Of a DNA stretch of 64,000 nucleotides, positions 8,328 to 22,687 are shown piece after piece. The first letter of the stretch is position 1. Each line of letters opens with the position of its first letter. Source of the DNA: Gemmatimonadota bacterium (GTDB lineage: Bacteria; Gemmatimonadota; Gemmatimonadetes; Longimicrobiales; Gaopeijiaceae); NCBI GenBank assembly GCA_034521595.1, contig JAXHMG010000003.1, positions 640,001-704,000 of the forward strand, in the 5' to 3' direction. Position numbers and translations under genes: made by a program. The notes under the pieces were generated by a model that was not told where the DNA came from, made no database searches, and saw only the letters and a program-made list of their open reading frames with translations.

Positions 8328-9236
8328 GTGAGCATGCAGGGTTCGGCGCAGGAAACGGCCAGAGGGGTGGCGTCGCAGAGCCAGGACGCAGGCGGTCTCA
8401 ACGAGATCGAGGAGATCCCCGACTACATCACGCACCACCTCGAGGACGCCAGGGAGCTGGAGTTCGGGGGCCTGCACCTCGACCTCGGCCAGTTCGCCTT
8501 CGACCCGATTCACATCGGGGGCGTGGCGATCGACCTGTCGCCCACCCGCCAGTTGATCTTCATCTTCCTGGCCGCGCTCCTCTGCATCGCCGTATTCGTT
8601 CCGGTGGCGAAGGCGCTCAGGCGCTCGGGCACGGCATCGGCGCCGAGTGGCTTCGCGAACGCGGCGGAGGCGTTGATCCTGTACTTCCGGAACGACATCG
8701 TCCGGGCCAACATCGGGGAAGACGGAGACGGCTACACGCCGTTCATTCTCACCATCTTCTTCTTCATCCTGTTCATGAACCTGCTGGGCCTCACTCCCTT
8801 CGGGATCACGGCCACGGCGAACCTCTCGGTCACGGCGGCGCTCGCCGGAATCGCGTTCATCGTGACGGAAGTGGCGGGCATGCGGGAACTCGGGCCGGCT
8901 GGATACGCGCGCACGATCTTCTACCTTCCCCCCGGCCTCCCCGCGCCCATGAAACCGATCATGTTGGTGATCATGGCCCCGGTCGAGTTCCTCGGGAAGC
9001 TCGCGAAGCCGTTCGCGCTGGCCGTTCGTCTGTTCGCCAACCTGATGGCGGGCCACATCCTGATTCTTGCGATCGTGGGCCTGATCCTGGTCAACCAGAG
9101 CCTCCTGGTCGGGGGCTTCTCGGTGGTCGGGATGAGCCTCCTCATGATCCTGGAGCTCTTCGTGGCCTGCTTGCAGGCCTACATTTTCGCCATGCTGACT
9201 TCCGTGTTCATCGGCCTCATCCGACACGCGCACTGA
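8328..9236 (+). CDS. atpB: F0 ATP synthase subunit a
   Basis: FFFILFMNLLGLTP, TATANLSVT, KPFALAVRLFANLMAGH, ELFVACLQAYIFAMLT. Confidence 0.97.
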   Translation: MSMQGSAQETARGVASQSQDAGGLNEIEEIPDYITHHLEDARELEFGGLHLDLGQFAFDPIHIGGVAIDLSPTRQLIFIFLAALLCIAVFVPVAKALRRSGTASAPSGFANAAEALILYFRNDIVRANIGEDGDGYTPFILTIFFFILFMNLLGLTPFGITATANLSVTAALAGIAFIVTEVAGMRELGPAGYARTIFYLPPGLPAPMKPIMLVIMAPVEFLGKLAKPFALAVRLFANLMAGHILILAIVGLILVNQSLLVGGFSVVGMSLLMILELFVACLQAYIFAMLTSVFIGLIRHAH

Positions 9237-9316
9237 GTCACCGATCGCGAGTCGTTCAGTTTTTCACCATGTCCGCGCGGCGGACCTCACACCCTTAACG
9301 TTCAAGGATTTAGATC

Positions 9317-9571
9317 ATGTATCTCATGTTCCAGGCGGTTCAAGACGGAGTTGCCCAGAGTGGCCTCGGCCTCGTGGGCGCCGGGCTCGGAATCGGCCTC
9401 ACCGTGATTGGCGCGGCCATCGGTATCGGGCAGATCGGTGCGCAGATGGCGTCCGGCATCGCGCGTCAGCCTGAAGCGGCGGGTAGCATTCAGACCGCTT
9501 CGATCATTCTCGCTGCCCTCATCGAGGGTGCGGCGCTCTTCGCGCTCGGCCTGGCGTTCCTGAAGTTCTAG
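9317..9571 (+). CDS. atpE: F0 ATP synthase subunit c
   Basis: GAGLGIG...GIARQPEA...AALIEG. Confidence 0.97.
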   Translation: MYLMFQAVQDGVAQSGLGLVGAGLGIGLTVIGAAIGIGQIGAQMASGIARQPEAAGSIQTASIILAALIEGAALFALGLAFLKF

Positions 9572-9629
9572 CTTCGCACCGCCTCCGAGCGAGGTGCGAC
9601 GGACGAATGGAACCGCAATGGAGATCGCA

Positions 9630-10223
9630 ATGAGGACGAGCCGAGTCGCTGCCAGCGTCGGAGTCCTGTCTCTAGGACTTCCGGGACAGGCATGGGCCCT
9701 GGCCGGAGCGGGCACGACGCCGCTCTTCACCGTGAACCTCGGTACGACGGTCTGGACGACCATCGTATTCGTGGCGCTTTTGGCCATCCTCTGGCGTTTC
9801 GCTTGGGGACCGATTCTCTCGGCCATCGAATCGCGGGAGGAGGGGATCCAGTCGGCCATCGACGAAGCAACCGCCCGTAATGCCGAGGCGGAGCGTCTGC
9901 TCGCCGAGCACCGGGAGCAGCTCGCCGACGCGCGCCGACAGGCCAACGAGCTGATCGCCGAAGGTAAGGCGGCCGGCGAGAACCTGAGAAAGGAGATCGA
10001 GGAAAAGGCGCGCGAAGAGGCTCAGGCGCTCATCGAGCGTGCGCGGGCCGAAATCGAGCGTGAGCGGGATCAGGCCCTCGACACGCTGCGGAAGGAGTCC
10101 GTCGAGCTGGCACTCGCCGCTGCGTCGCGGCTGCTCGAAGAAAAGCTCGACGCATCGAAAGACCGTGAGCTGGTGGAACGATATCTGGCCGAGCTCACGG
10201 AGACCGAGGAGGTTTCCGCGTGA
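9630..10223 (+). CDS. atpF: F0 ATP synthase subunit b (start uncertain: 9594/9618/9630)
   Basis: [31 protein letters not shown] followed by coiled coil. Confidence 0.93.
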   Translation: MRTSRVAASVGVLSLGLPGQAWALAGAGTTPLFTVNLGTTVWTTIVFVALLAILWRFAWGPILSAIESREEGIQSAIDEATARNAEAERLLAEHREQLADARRQANELIAEGKAAGENLRKEIEEKAREEAQALIERARAEIERERDQALDTLRKESVELALAAASRLLEEKLDASKDRELVERYLAELTETEEVSA

Positions 10224-10789
10224 GGGGGGAGACCGTCGCGCGGAAGTATGCCGAAACCCTCTTCGAGCTGGGAGTTCGCGCGGGCCGTGCGGAGAAGTAC
10301 GGAGAGCATCTTCGCGAAGTCTCCGACCTGTTGGACACGCAGCCGAAGTTCCGGCTCTTCCTCGAGACGCCGCGGATCGATGACGAGGACCGGAAGCGGC
10401 TGATGCGGGACGTTCTCGGCTCGTCCCTACCGAAAGACGTGATGAGCTTCCTGCTCGTCACGATCGACAAGCGACGGCAACGGTTGCTGCGGGAGATCGC
10501 CACGCAATACCAGTTGCTCGTCGACGAGCACCTCGGGCGACAACACGTCGAAGTGACCGTGGCTCGCCCGCTCGGCGACGACGCGCGAGGCATGATCGCC
10601 GAGCGCCTCTCGCGGGTGCTCGGGAAGGAGGCGATCCCCCACGTCCGGGTGAAGCCGGACATCATCGGCGGGCTCGTTGTTCGAACTGGTGATACGATCT
10701 ATGACGGATCGGTACGGAGACGGCTCGAGGGCATGCGGAGCCGCATGCTCCGAGCCGAGTTGCCCGCCGGGGTGGCGGGTGGACAATGA
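10220..10789 (+). CDS. atpH: F1 ATP synthase subunit delta
   Basis: [34 protein letters not shown]. Confidence 0.95.
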   Translation: MRGETVARKYAETLFELGVRAGRAEKYGEHLREVSDLLDTQPKFRLFLETPRIDDEDRKRLMRDVLGSSLPKDVMSFLLVTIDKRRQRLLREIATQYQLLVDEHLGRQHVEVTVARPLGDDARGMIAERLSRVLGKEAIPHVRVKPDIIGGLVVRTGDTIYDGSVRRRLEGMRSRMLRAELPAGVAGGQ

Positions 10790-10823
10790 TCCGTACGGTC
10801 CCTGAACTCAGGATCCAATAGAG

Positions 10824-12401
10824 ATGGCCAACGATTCCCAACTCCGTGCCGGCGAGATCAAGGACGTGCTGCTCAAGGAGATCGAGCAGTACGAGGAGGA
10901 TCTCCAGGCCGAGGATATCGGTGAAGTCCTGGAGGTGAAGGACGGCATCGCACGCATCTACGGGCTGACGAACGCCATGGCCGCCGAGATGCTCGAGATC
11001 ACCTCTTCGGTGTCGGGCGAGACCGTGACGGCGCTCGCCCTCAACCTCGAAGAGGACAACATCGGCGCGGTCGTGATGGGCGAATGGACTTCGCTCCACG
11101 AGGGTGATCAGGTCCGGTGCACGGGCCGCGTGCTCGACGTCAACGTCGGGGAAGGTTACCTCGGCCGGGTCGTGGATCCGCTGGGGCAGCCGGTGGACGG
11201 GCTCGGGCCGGTGGACGGAGTCGAGGACACCCGTCAGATCGACATCGTGGCCCCGGGTATCGTGCAGCGGCAACCTGTCAATCAGCCGCTGCAAACCGGC
11301 ACCAAGGCCATCGACTCGATGATTCCGATCGGCCGGGGTCAGCGCGAGCTGATCATCGGCGACCGAGGCACGGGTAAGACGGCGGTGGCGGTCGATACGA
11401 TCATCAACCAGAAGGGTCAGGACGTGATCTGCATTTACTGCGCGATCGGACAGCGCGCGGGGAAGGTGCGGAACGTCGTCGAGACGCTACGTGAGCACGG
11501 GGCGCTGGACTACAGCATCGTGGTGACCGCGAACGCGTCGGACCCCGCCCCCATGCAGTACATCGCGCCCTATGCGGCGACCGCGATGGCCGAGCATTTC
11601 ATGTGGCAGGGCAAGGACACCCTGGTTGTCTACGATGACCTGACGAAGCAGGCGCAGGCCTACCGGCAGCTTTCGTTGATTCTGCGGCGGCCACCGGGCC
11701 GGGAAGCCTATCCGGGAGACGTGTTCTACCTGCACTCCCGCTTGCTCGAGCGCGCGGCGAGGCTGTCGGACGAGAATGGCGGCGGATCGCTGACGGCACT
11801 GCCGATTATCGAGACGCAGGCGGGTGATGTGGGTGCTTACATCCCGACCAACGTGATCTCGATCACGGATGGCCAGATCTTCCTGGAGCCCGACCTCTTC
11901 TACTCGGGCGTGCGACCGGCGGTGAACGTCGGAATCTCCGTGTCCCGTGTCGGCGGCGCGGCTCAGATCAAGGCCATGAAGACGGTGGCCGGCCGCCTGC
12001 GGCTGGATCTCGCGCAGTACCGCGAGCTCGAAGCGTTCGCCCAGTTCGGTTCCGACCTGGACGCCGCCACCCAGCGCCAGCTCGCGCGCGGGGCACGCAC
12101 CGTGGAGTTGCTCAAGCAGCCCCAGTATCAGCCGATGCCGGTCGAGAACCAGGTCGCCGTCATCTATGCCGTCACCAACGGCTTCGTGGACGACCTTCCC
12201 GTGGAGCGCATGCGTCAGTGGGAGCACGGCTTCCACGAGGAACTCTCCGCCAAGCACTCCGATCTCCTCGGCGAGATTCGGAGCGGCGGAAAGCTCACCG
12301 ACGAGATCACGGAGAAGCTCGACGCCGCGATCGAGAAATACACCACGGCGTTCAGGGCGGAGCTGTCCGAGTCCGACAGCTCCGCTGCCGCGTCGGCGTA
12401 A
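10824..12401 (+). CDS. atpA: F1 ATP synthase subunit alpha
   Basis: [40 protein letters not shown]. Confidence 0.99.
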   Translation: MANDSQLRAGEIKDVLLKEIEQYEEDLQAEDIGEVLEVKDGIARIYGLTNAMAAEMLEITSSVSGETVTALALNLEEDNIGAVVMGEWTSLHEGDQVRCTGRVLDVNVGEGYLGRVVDPLGQPVDGLGPVDGVEDTRQIDIVAPGIVQRQPVNQPLQTGTKAIDSMIPIGRGQRELIIGDRGTGKTAVAVDTIINQKGQDVICIYCAIGQRAGKVRNVVETLREHGALDYSIVVTANASDPAPMQYIAPYAATAMAEHFMWQGKDTLVVYDDLTKQAQAYRQLSLILRRPPGREAYPGDVFYLHSRLLERAARLSDENGGGSLTALPIIETQAGDVGAYIPTNVISITDGQIFLEPDLFYSGVRPAVNVGISVSRVGGAAQIKAMKTVAGRLRLDLAQYRELEAFAQFGSDLDAATQRQLARGARTVELLKQPQYQPMPVENQVAVIYAVTNGFVDDLPVERMRQWEHGFHEELSAKHSDLLGEIRSGGKLTDEITEKLDAAIEKYTTAFRAELSESDSSAAASA

Positions 12402-12416
12402 GGCAGGAGACGACCG

Positions 12417-14716
<2,300 letters not shown>

Positions 14717-14718
14717 TC

Positions 14719-15036
14719 GTGGCGGGTTCGCTTCAGGTCCAAGTGGTCTCGCCGAGCCGGGTCGTGTTCGAAGGTGAGGCCGCGGCGCTCGTCGTCCCCG
14801 CGTGGGACGGGCACGCCGGGGTTCTTCCGGGACATGCCCCGGCGCTCACGCTCCTCGGGGTCGGGCCGCTGAATGTCGAGCGTCCCGGTGGGGGGAGCGA
14901 CACGTTCTATGTCGGCGGGGGCGTCATGAAGGTCGAGCGCGACGTCGTCACGCTCCTCACGGAGTACGCCGGCACGGAGCCCCTCTCGGAGATCCCGGAG
15001 GGGATGCTGGTCGAACCAGAGGAAGTCGGAGCCTGA
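14719..15036 (+). CDS. atpC: F1 ATP synthase subunit epsilon (short form)
   Basis: VVSPSRVVFEGE, GVLPGHAP, YVGGGVMKV. Confidence 0.93.
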   Translation: MAGSLQVQVVSPSRVVFEGEAAALVVPAWDGHAGVLPGHAPALTLLGVGPLNVERPGGGSDTFYVGGGVMKVERDVVTLLTEYAGTEPLSEIPEGMLVEPEEVGA

Positions 15037-15076
15037 AAATCTCCTCCCGGGCGATGTCCTCAGCGAAGAGACTCCG

Positions 15077-15895
15077 GTGAAGCTGGACCTGCACGTCCAT
15101 TCGAACGCCTCCGACGGTGCCTGGGCACCGGCCGACGTGGTCCGGGCGGCCCGGGCGGGCGGGCTGGATGTGCTCGCCATCTCCGACCATGACACGACGG
15201 CCGCGTGTGGGCCGGCGGTGGCGCTCGGTGTCGAGCTGCAAATCCAGGTCGTGCCCGCGATCGAGGTGAGCTCGAGCCACGAGGGACAGGATATCCACGT
15301 GCTCGGCTATTTCGTCGATCCCGAGGCCCCTCGGCTGCGGGACCACGAGCGGCGCGCACTCAGCCGCCGGGAGACGCGAATGCACGAGATGCTCGCGAAG
15401 CTCGCCGACCTGGGTATCGACATTCCTTTCGAGGCCGTGGAACGGGTGGCGGGGCCCGACCGGGTCGCTCTCGGTCGTCCGCACCTCGCCAAGGCGCTGC
15501 TGGAAGCCGGACACGTACCGACGGTGTCGGCCGCGTTCGACACCTTCATCGCGGACGACGGGCCCGCCTTCGTCCCGACGCACATGCTGACCCCCATGGA
15601 AGCGATCGAGATCATCCTCGAGGCGGACGGGCTTCCGGTGTGGGCGCACCCTCCCGGTGGGCTCGTGGACGATCTCCTCCCGCCGATGGTGGAGGCCGGG
15701 TTGCGGGGAATCGAGGTCTACCGGCCCTGGAATCGAAGAGATCACGTGCTCCGTCTGGAACGGGTCTGTCGCTCCACCGGGCTCTTACCGACCGGCGGCT
15801 CCGACTGGCATGGACCCGATGGCGGCACGGCACTGGGAGATTTCTCCGTGACGGCCGACGAGGTCGAAGCATTCCTGGAGGCGGGCGGGCTCTGA
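15077..15895 (+). CDS. PHP-domain phosphoesterase (TrpH/YciV-like)
   Basis: DLHVHSNASDG, ISDHDT, IHVLGY, GRPHLA, WAHP, TGGSDWHG. Confidence 0.93.
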   Translation: MKLDLHVHSNASDGAWAPADVVRAARAGGLDVLAISDHDTTAACGPAVALGVELQIQVVPAIEVSSSHEGQDIHVLGYFVDPEAPRLRDHERRALSRRETRMHEMLAKLADLGIDIPFEAVERVAGPDRVALGRPHLAKALLEAGHVPTVSAAFDTFIADDGPAFVPTHMLTPMEAIEIILEADGLPVWAHPPGGLVDDLLPPMVEAGLRGIEVYRPWNRRDHVLRLERVCRSTGLLPTGGSDWHGPDGGTALGDFSVTADEVEAFLEAGGL

Positions 15896-15939
15896 GGCGA
15901 AGATGGCCGAGGTGGGGGCAACCTCGGTGTCACGGGCCG

Positions 15940-16608
15940 TTAAGCCCAGGGAGCCAGGAGCCTCCGCACCGTCTTCGCCACGTCCGTCGAAGCCATGAGC
16001 GCGCCGATGACCGCAACGCCGGCCGCTCCCGTCTGCGCGACAGCGCCAGAGCGCTCCTCGTCGATGCCGCCGATGCCCACGACCGGCACGGGGACTTCTT
16101 GCACGACCCGAGCGAGGCCGGCCGGTCCGATCACCTGACCGGCGTCGGCCTTGGTGGATGTCGGGAATACCGTGCCACATCCTATGTAGTCGGCTCCGTC
16201 CCTGACGGCGCGTCGGGCCACGGCGGGGTCGTCAGCCGAGCGGCCGATCAGGAAGTGCTTGGGCGCAGCATCGCGGATCGCACGAACAGGAAGATCGTCG
16301 GGGCCCAGATGTACGCCGTCCGCGCCGAGGGCCAGAGCGACATCGAGCCGGTCGTTCACGAACAGGAGCGCCCCCGCCGCGTGCGTGATGCCTCGCAAAG
16401 CTCGCCCGACATCCAGGAGCTCCCGTGCGGACTCACCTTTGTTGCGGAGCTGAACGGCGGGTGCGCCTGCGTCGACCGCTTCCGCTACGACCTCGGTGAC
16501 CGTCCGCGGCACGGCGAGCGAGCCGTCCGTCACGACGATCAGGCGGAGCCGCCGAGCGAGCCGTTCCGGGGCTCGCGAGGGTCGTTCGCTTCCCGCGGGA
16601 GTGGGCAC
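15940..16608 (-). CDS. thiE: thiamine-phosphate synthase
   Basis: VQLRNK, FVNDRLDVA, GVHLG, VFPTSTK, VVGIGGI. Confidence 0.93.
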   Translation of the reverse strand: MPTPAGSERPSRAPERLARRLRLIVVTDGSLAVPRTVTEVVAEAVDAGAPAVQLRNKGESARELLDVGRALRGITHAAGALLFVNDRLDVALALGADGVHLGPDDLPVRAIRDAAPKHFLIGRSADDPAVARRAVRDGADYIGCGTVFPTSTKADAGQVIGPAGLARVVQEVPVPVVGIGGIDEERSGAVAQTGAAGVAVIGALMASTDVAKTVRRLLAPWA

Positions 16609-16614
16609 GGACGG

Positions 16615-17595
16615 TCAGGGGTCGCGAGCGTCACGGAGCCGTTGCGACTCCGCCTTGGCCCGGTTGTGCTCGGCGAGTGATCTCGTGAAGACATGCGAGC
16701 CGTCCGGTCGGGCCACGAAATACAGAAAGTCGCCCTCGGGAGCCAGCGCGGCGTCGACCGCTCGCTCGCCCGGTGCTCCGATGGGTCCGGGGGGGAGGCC
16801 AGGCTGGGTGTACGTGTTGTACGGGTTGTTCTCCACGGAGTCGATCGCCGCGTAGAGGAGCCGCTCCCGCCGGCCTCCGAGGGCGTAGAGAACCGTCGGA
16901 TCGGCCTGTAACAACCAGCCCTGGTCCAACCGCCGGTGATACACGCCGGAGATGAGGGGCATCTCGTCGACCTGTCGCGCTTCGGCCTGGATGATCGACG
17001 CCAGAGTCACGATCTCGCGCTCGGTCATGCCGGTGGCTTCGAGCTGCTCGCGACGTTCCGGTGTCCAGAGGGCGTGGTAGTGCTCCGCCATCGTGCGTAC
17101 AACGGTCGACACCGACGTACCTGGGGTGAAACGGTACGTGTCGGGAAAGAGATAGCCTTCCAGCGTGGGGCCGGGAACATCGAGATCGTCGACGAGCTCG
17201 GGACGCTCGAGATGGGCCATGACCGAGTCCACGTGGATGCCGGAGATGTTCGCGATCCGCGGAGCGATCTGGGAGAGCCGGAACCCTTCCGGTACCGTCA
17301 TGGGAACGGTGAGCACCTCACCCCGCGTCAGCGTTCCGATGACGCGGTTCCAGGAGCTGTGGGGGCGAAGGGCGTACGCGCCCGCTCGGATATCCGAGCC
17401 CGCGCCCCGCATCCGTGCGTAGAGCTCGAACAAGCCAGGGGCGCGCACGATCTCACGGTTGGCGAGCGAATCCACCACGTCCGAGAGGGTGGCGCCCTGG
17501 GGCACGCGCACCTCGACGGGGGGCGCGTCCGTTTCGCAGGCCGGTAGCGCCAGAAGGGCCGCGGCGACGGGCGTCCAACGGAAGCGCTGGTTCAT
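16615..17595 (-). CDS. mltG: endolytic transglycosylase MltG
   Basis: TVPEGF, LEGYLFPDTY, LASIIQAEA, LQADPTV, NPYNTY..PGLPPGPI. Confidence 0.95.
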   Translation of the reverse strand: MNQRFRWTPVAAALLALPACETDAPPVEVRVPQGATLSDVVDSLANREIVRAPGLFELYARMRGAGSDIRAGAYALRPHSSWNRVIGTLTRGEVLTVPMTVPEGFRLSQIAPRIANISGIHVDSVMAHLERPELVDDLDVPGPTLEGYLFPDTYRFTPGTSVSTVVRTMAEHYHALWTPERREQLEATGMTEREIVTLASIIQAEARQVDEMPLISGVYHRRLDQGWLLQADPTVLYALGGRRERLLYAAIDSVENNPYNTYTQPGLPPGPIGAPGERAVDAALAPEGDFLYFVARPDGSHVFTRSLAEHNRAKAESQRLRDARDP

Positions 17596-18017
17596 CGTGT
17601 GTCCTCCCGGTCGAGCCAGGCCTGGAGGATGAGCTGCGCCGCGCCCGCGTCCACCCGACCCTTCTCGCGCCGAGCCCGCTTCGAGAGCCCGACCGCCCGT
17701 ACGGCTCGTTCGGCCCGCACCGACGTCATTCGTTCATCCACGAACGAGACGTCGAGCTCGAGCCTCTTCGCGAGATTGCGGCCCATGGTCCTGACCTCGG
17801 CGCACCACTCGTTCTCCTCGCCGGTGAGGGACAGGGGCAGCCCGACCACGACGTGTCGCACCTCCCACGCCCGAGCCGTGTCGGCGAGGCGGTTGAGCGG
17901 TGGCCGCTTGCCGGCCCGACGCTTCACGGTCTCCAGTGGGGACGCGATGGTGCCCGTGGGATCGCTGACCGCGACCCCGATCCGTTTCTCTCCAAAGTCG
18001 ACCCCGAGCACGCGCAC
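17592..18017 (-). CDS. ruvX: pre-16S rRNA nuclease / Holliday junction resolvase-like YqgF
   Basis: LGVDFGEKRIGVAVSD, VVGLP, VDERMTS, VDAGAAQLILQ. Confidence 0.95.
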   Translation of the reverse strand: MRVLGVDFGEKRIGVAVSDPTGTIASPLETVKRRAGKRPPLNRLADTARAWEVRHVVVGLPLSLTGEENEWCAEVRTMGRNLAKRLELDVSFVDERMTSVRAERAVRAVGLSKRARREKGRVDAGAAQLILQAWLDREDTR

Positions 18018-18024
18018 GACCCGC

Positions 18025-18567
18025 CTATAGCTCCGTCAGGGCTCGTGAGAGATCCGCTCCGTCCAGCATCCGGCCGTAGAGCTCGTGGATCACCGTCTCG
18101 GATCCGAAAGCGAAGCGACACGCGTCGTCGCCCCGGCTGCGGCAGCTCACCTCCAGAACGGCGACGGGCCGGCCGCTGAGCTCGGAGAGCAGTCCCGCCA
18201 GGTAACCGGTGCTGAACGAGCAGCTGCCCTCGGGATCGGGCTCGTCGCCGCGAGCCTCGACCCAGTCCTTCGTCCGGAGGATCCCCACGCCCGGGTGGGC
18301 GTCTTCATGCCCCAACGTCCCCCAGCCGCGCCGTTGGAAGGACCGTTCGACCCGGTCCCAGAACTCCGACGAGGGGAGGTCCGAGAGCTCCCGACCGCCA
18401 TGGCCGACCAAATCCGAGGCTGCGGCCGTGCCGGTCTCGTAGCCCGCGTGATGGAGCGCCCGAACCGCAGGGAGGGTCCCGACTTCCTTTTCCAACTCTC
18501 GCCGGAGTACTCTGAACACCGTGACCGGTACCGCGATCTCCGGAACCTCCCCGTTTCCAATTTTCAC
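18025..18567 (-). CDS. stand-alone V4R (4-vinyl reductase-like) domain protein
   Basis: GWG...E...SCSFSTGYLAGLLS...LEVSCRSRGDDACRF. Confidence 0.8.
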   Translation of the reverse strand: MKIGNGEVPEIAVPVTVFRVLRRELEKEVGTLPAVRALHHAGYETGTAAASDLVGHGGRELSDLPSSEFWDRVERSFQRRGWGTLGHEDAHPGVGILRTKDWVEARGDEPDPEGSCSFSTGYLAGLLSELSGRPVAVLEVSCRSRGDDACRFAFGSETVIHELYGRMLDGADLSRALTEL

Positions 18568-18644
18568 TCTCTCCCCCTGTCTCGTCTTACACGCCGCTTG
18601 TCGCTAATATACACACTGACGGTACCTACCGAACGGGAGAATCC

Positions 18645-18887
18645 ATGGAGCACCAGAACGAAACGCGTATCAGCTTCCTCTCCGGCCTGCTGTTGGGAGC
18701 GGCCATTGGCGCCAGCGTCGCGCTCCTCACCGCTCCGGAACCGGGTCGTCGCACGCGGCGGCGCATCCAGAAGACGGCCGGTGAGTTTCGAGACACGGCG
18801 GGCGACCGGTGGGAGGACCTCGCCGACGACGTCAAGGGAAGGGTCGACGAAGCGTTCAAGGGCGCGCGTGACAAGATCGGCAGTTGA
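18645..18887 (+). CDS. YtxH-domain protein
   Basis: FLSGLLLGAAIGASVALLTAPEPGRRTRRRI. Confidence 0.85.
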   Translation: MEHQNETRISFLSGLLLGAAIGASVALLTAPEPGRRTRRRIQKTAGEFRDTAGDRWEDLADDVKGRVDEAFKGARDKIGS

Positions 18888-18995
18888 GATCGGCGGATCG
18901 GCTCGTGCCGCTCGTCGAGTCGGTTTCTCGGTCCTGGCCATCGGTTGCGGAGCGGGGAGCATGACGGGAGCTTCGCGGTGGCTGCGTGCAGTGAC

Positions 18996-20308
<1,313 letters not shown>

Positions 20309-20312
<4 letters not shown>

Positions 20313-22495
20313 CGCCCGGGAATCCTGAAGCGCCGATTCGAACGGTCGCAGAATTCGGTCGGCTCCGTTCCCGGCACGTAGTATTCCAGGTACTGATGTT
20401 CTTCGTCGCACCACCTCGAAGCGAGCTGTCCCGTTTCCCGGTCCACCAGCACGGCGTTCAGCCCGTCGGGCATCGGCCAGGGCTCCGGGGTAGGGAGCAG
20501 TGGCGAGAAGCCTTCGGCCCCGGCATCGGCATCGGTTTCCATCCCTTCGTAAACACGCCGCATGAACGCGCCCCAAACGGGTGCTGCGAGCCCGCCACCC
20601 GTGGCTTCCCGGGTGCCTCCTTCCTGGCGGAAGATGGGGGCCGGTTCGTCCATGCCGAACCACACGGACGCCACGAGGTTCGGCGTGAAGCCCATGAACC
20701 AGACGTCCGTCCCTTCGTTCGTCGTGCCCGTCTTCCCGGCCGCCGGGACGTCGCGGGAGAGGCCGGCACGCACCCGGACCGCGTTGTGTGCGGTGCCGCG
20801 GACGACCACGTCTTCGAGCATCGACACCATGATCCGAGAGGATAGGCTGTCCAACACCTCGGTCCGTTCGGGTTGGGGTTCCCAGATGACGTTGCCGTTC
20901 CGGTCTTCCACGCGGAGGATGGGGAACGGGCGCACCTTCGTTCCGAGATTCGGAAAGGTCGCGTAAGCCTCCGTCATCTGGAGGGGGATGACCGACGAGG
21001 CTCCGATGGTCGTCGAGGGGAGGCGTCCGATCTCGGTTTGGATCCCCATCCGCCGGGCCGTCTGCGCGACGGACTCGATCCCGACTTCCTCCCAGCCCAG
21101 CTTGATGGCGATCATGTTCTTGGACCGGTAGAGGCCCTCCCGGATGGTCATCGGCCCCTCGAACTCCTGGGTGAAGTTCGAGGGACGCCAATCTTCTCCC
21201 TCGAGCTGGGGATACACGACCGGTCCGTCGACCACGACGTGCGAAGCAGGGATGCCGCTTGCGATCGCGGCGGTGTACACGAAGGGCTTGAACGCGGATC
21301 CCGCCTGCCTGCGCGCCTGCCGAGCACGGTCGAACCGCGAATGCTCGAAGTCTCGCCCTCCGATCAACGCACGCACATGGCCGGTCTCGGGGTCCATGGC
21401 GATGAACGACCCCTGGAGGTAGGGCGTCGAGCTCGGGAACGACGAAACGGTGTCGAACTCGGCATAGTGCGGGTGCTGAAAGTTGGTCGAGTCCGCCTCG
21501 ATCGCTGCCCACCCCTCGTCCATGGTCCGCCGGGCGGCGCGCTGCATTTCGACGTCCAGGGTGGTATGGACCCGGAAGCCGTTCCGGTAGATGGCATCAC
21601 CGAAGCGGGAGTCGAGGATCTGGCGCACCCATTCTTCGAAGTACGGTGCAACGGTTCCGGTCGTGCCTTCGGGTTCCTCGGTCGGGAGGGGCCAGTCCTT
21701 CCAACGTTCCGCTTCCTCCGGTGTGAGGTACTCCTCGTCGGCCATTCTCGTCAGGACCAGGTCCCGTCGGCTCTTGGCCCTTTCGGGATAACGGAACGGG
21801 TTGTATCGGGCGGGGACGTTCAGGATGGCCGCGAGAAGCGCCGCTTCGGCCACGTTGACGTCGGCGAGGTTCTTACCGAAGTAGTTGCGGGCCGCGTTCT
21901 GAAATCCGTACCCGCGGCCCATGTACACTTCGTTCAGATATCCTTCGAGGATCTGGTCCTTGGTATAGGCTTGTTCCAGGTCGAGCGCGACCTGCAGCTC
22001 ACGGAGCTTGCGGAGGTATCGGCGCTCGAACCCGATCTCGTCGAACATGTTGCGGGCGAGCTGTTGGGTGATGGTGCCCCCTCCGAGATTCCGGAACGTC
22101 AGGACGCCGAAGGCCGCTCGAGCGATCCCACGCGGATCGAAGCCACCGTGGTCGTAGAAGCGTGCATCCTCGATCGCGATGACGGCTTGCGGGACGTAGT
22201 CCGGCAAGGCGTGTATCGACACGGGTGTGCGACGTTCGAAGCCGAGTTGTCCCAGCGCTCGGCCGTCGTGCGCGAACAGCTTCGTGGTCTGCTCGTGCTC
22301 GAAGGTCTGGATCTGAGCGATCGACGGGCAGGCGTCCCCCGCGCACAGGTTGAGCCAGCTACCCCAAGCGCCCCCGATGACGAGCGCGACGGCGAACGCG
22401 CCGCCCATGGCCCACGACCGGGGCTCCAACAGCGCACGCATCCATTGACGCGTCGTGTTCTCGCTGTGGCTCGTTCTCGGTCGGGCTCTTGCCAT
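20309..22495 (-). CDS. mrcA: class A penicillin-binding protein 1A (start uncertain)
   Basis: Transglycosylase EDARFYDHGG, GGGTITQQLA, RKLRE; transpeptidase GSAFK, SKN, KTGTT. Confidence 0.93.
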
Positions 22496-22687
22496 GGATC
22501 GTGCAACACTCCGCTTCGTCGTGATCGGTGGGGTGTGGTCCGCTGCCGATGGTAGCGGTGCAAACCCGGTGCCAAGGCTATTATCCACGTGAAGCTAGCA
22601 GGGGTTCCATAGCGGCTTCAACGATGCTTGACCCGATCGTGTGCTCCAGCGAACCTCACCTTCACCCACGATACGCAGGAGAAATGA

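Noticed and set aside
9317-9571. Na+-translocating ATP synthase
   Set aside because: The c subunit has IEGA rather than the E-S/T Na+-binding signature, consistent with H+ coupling.
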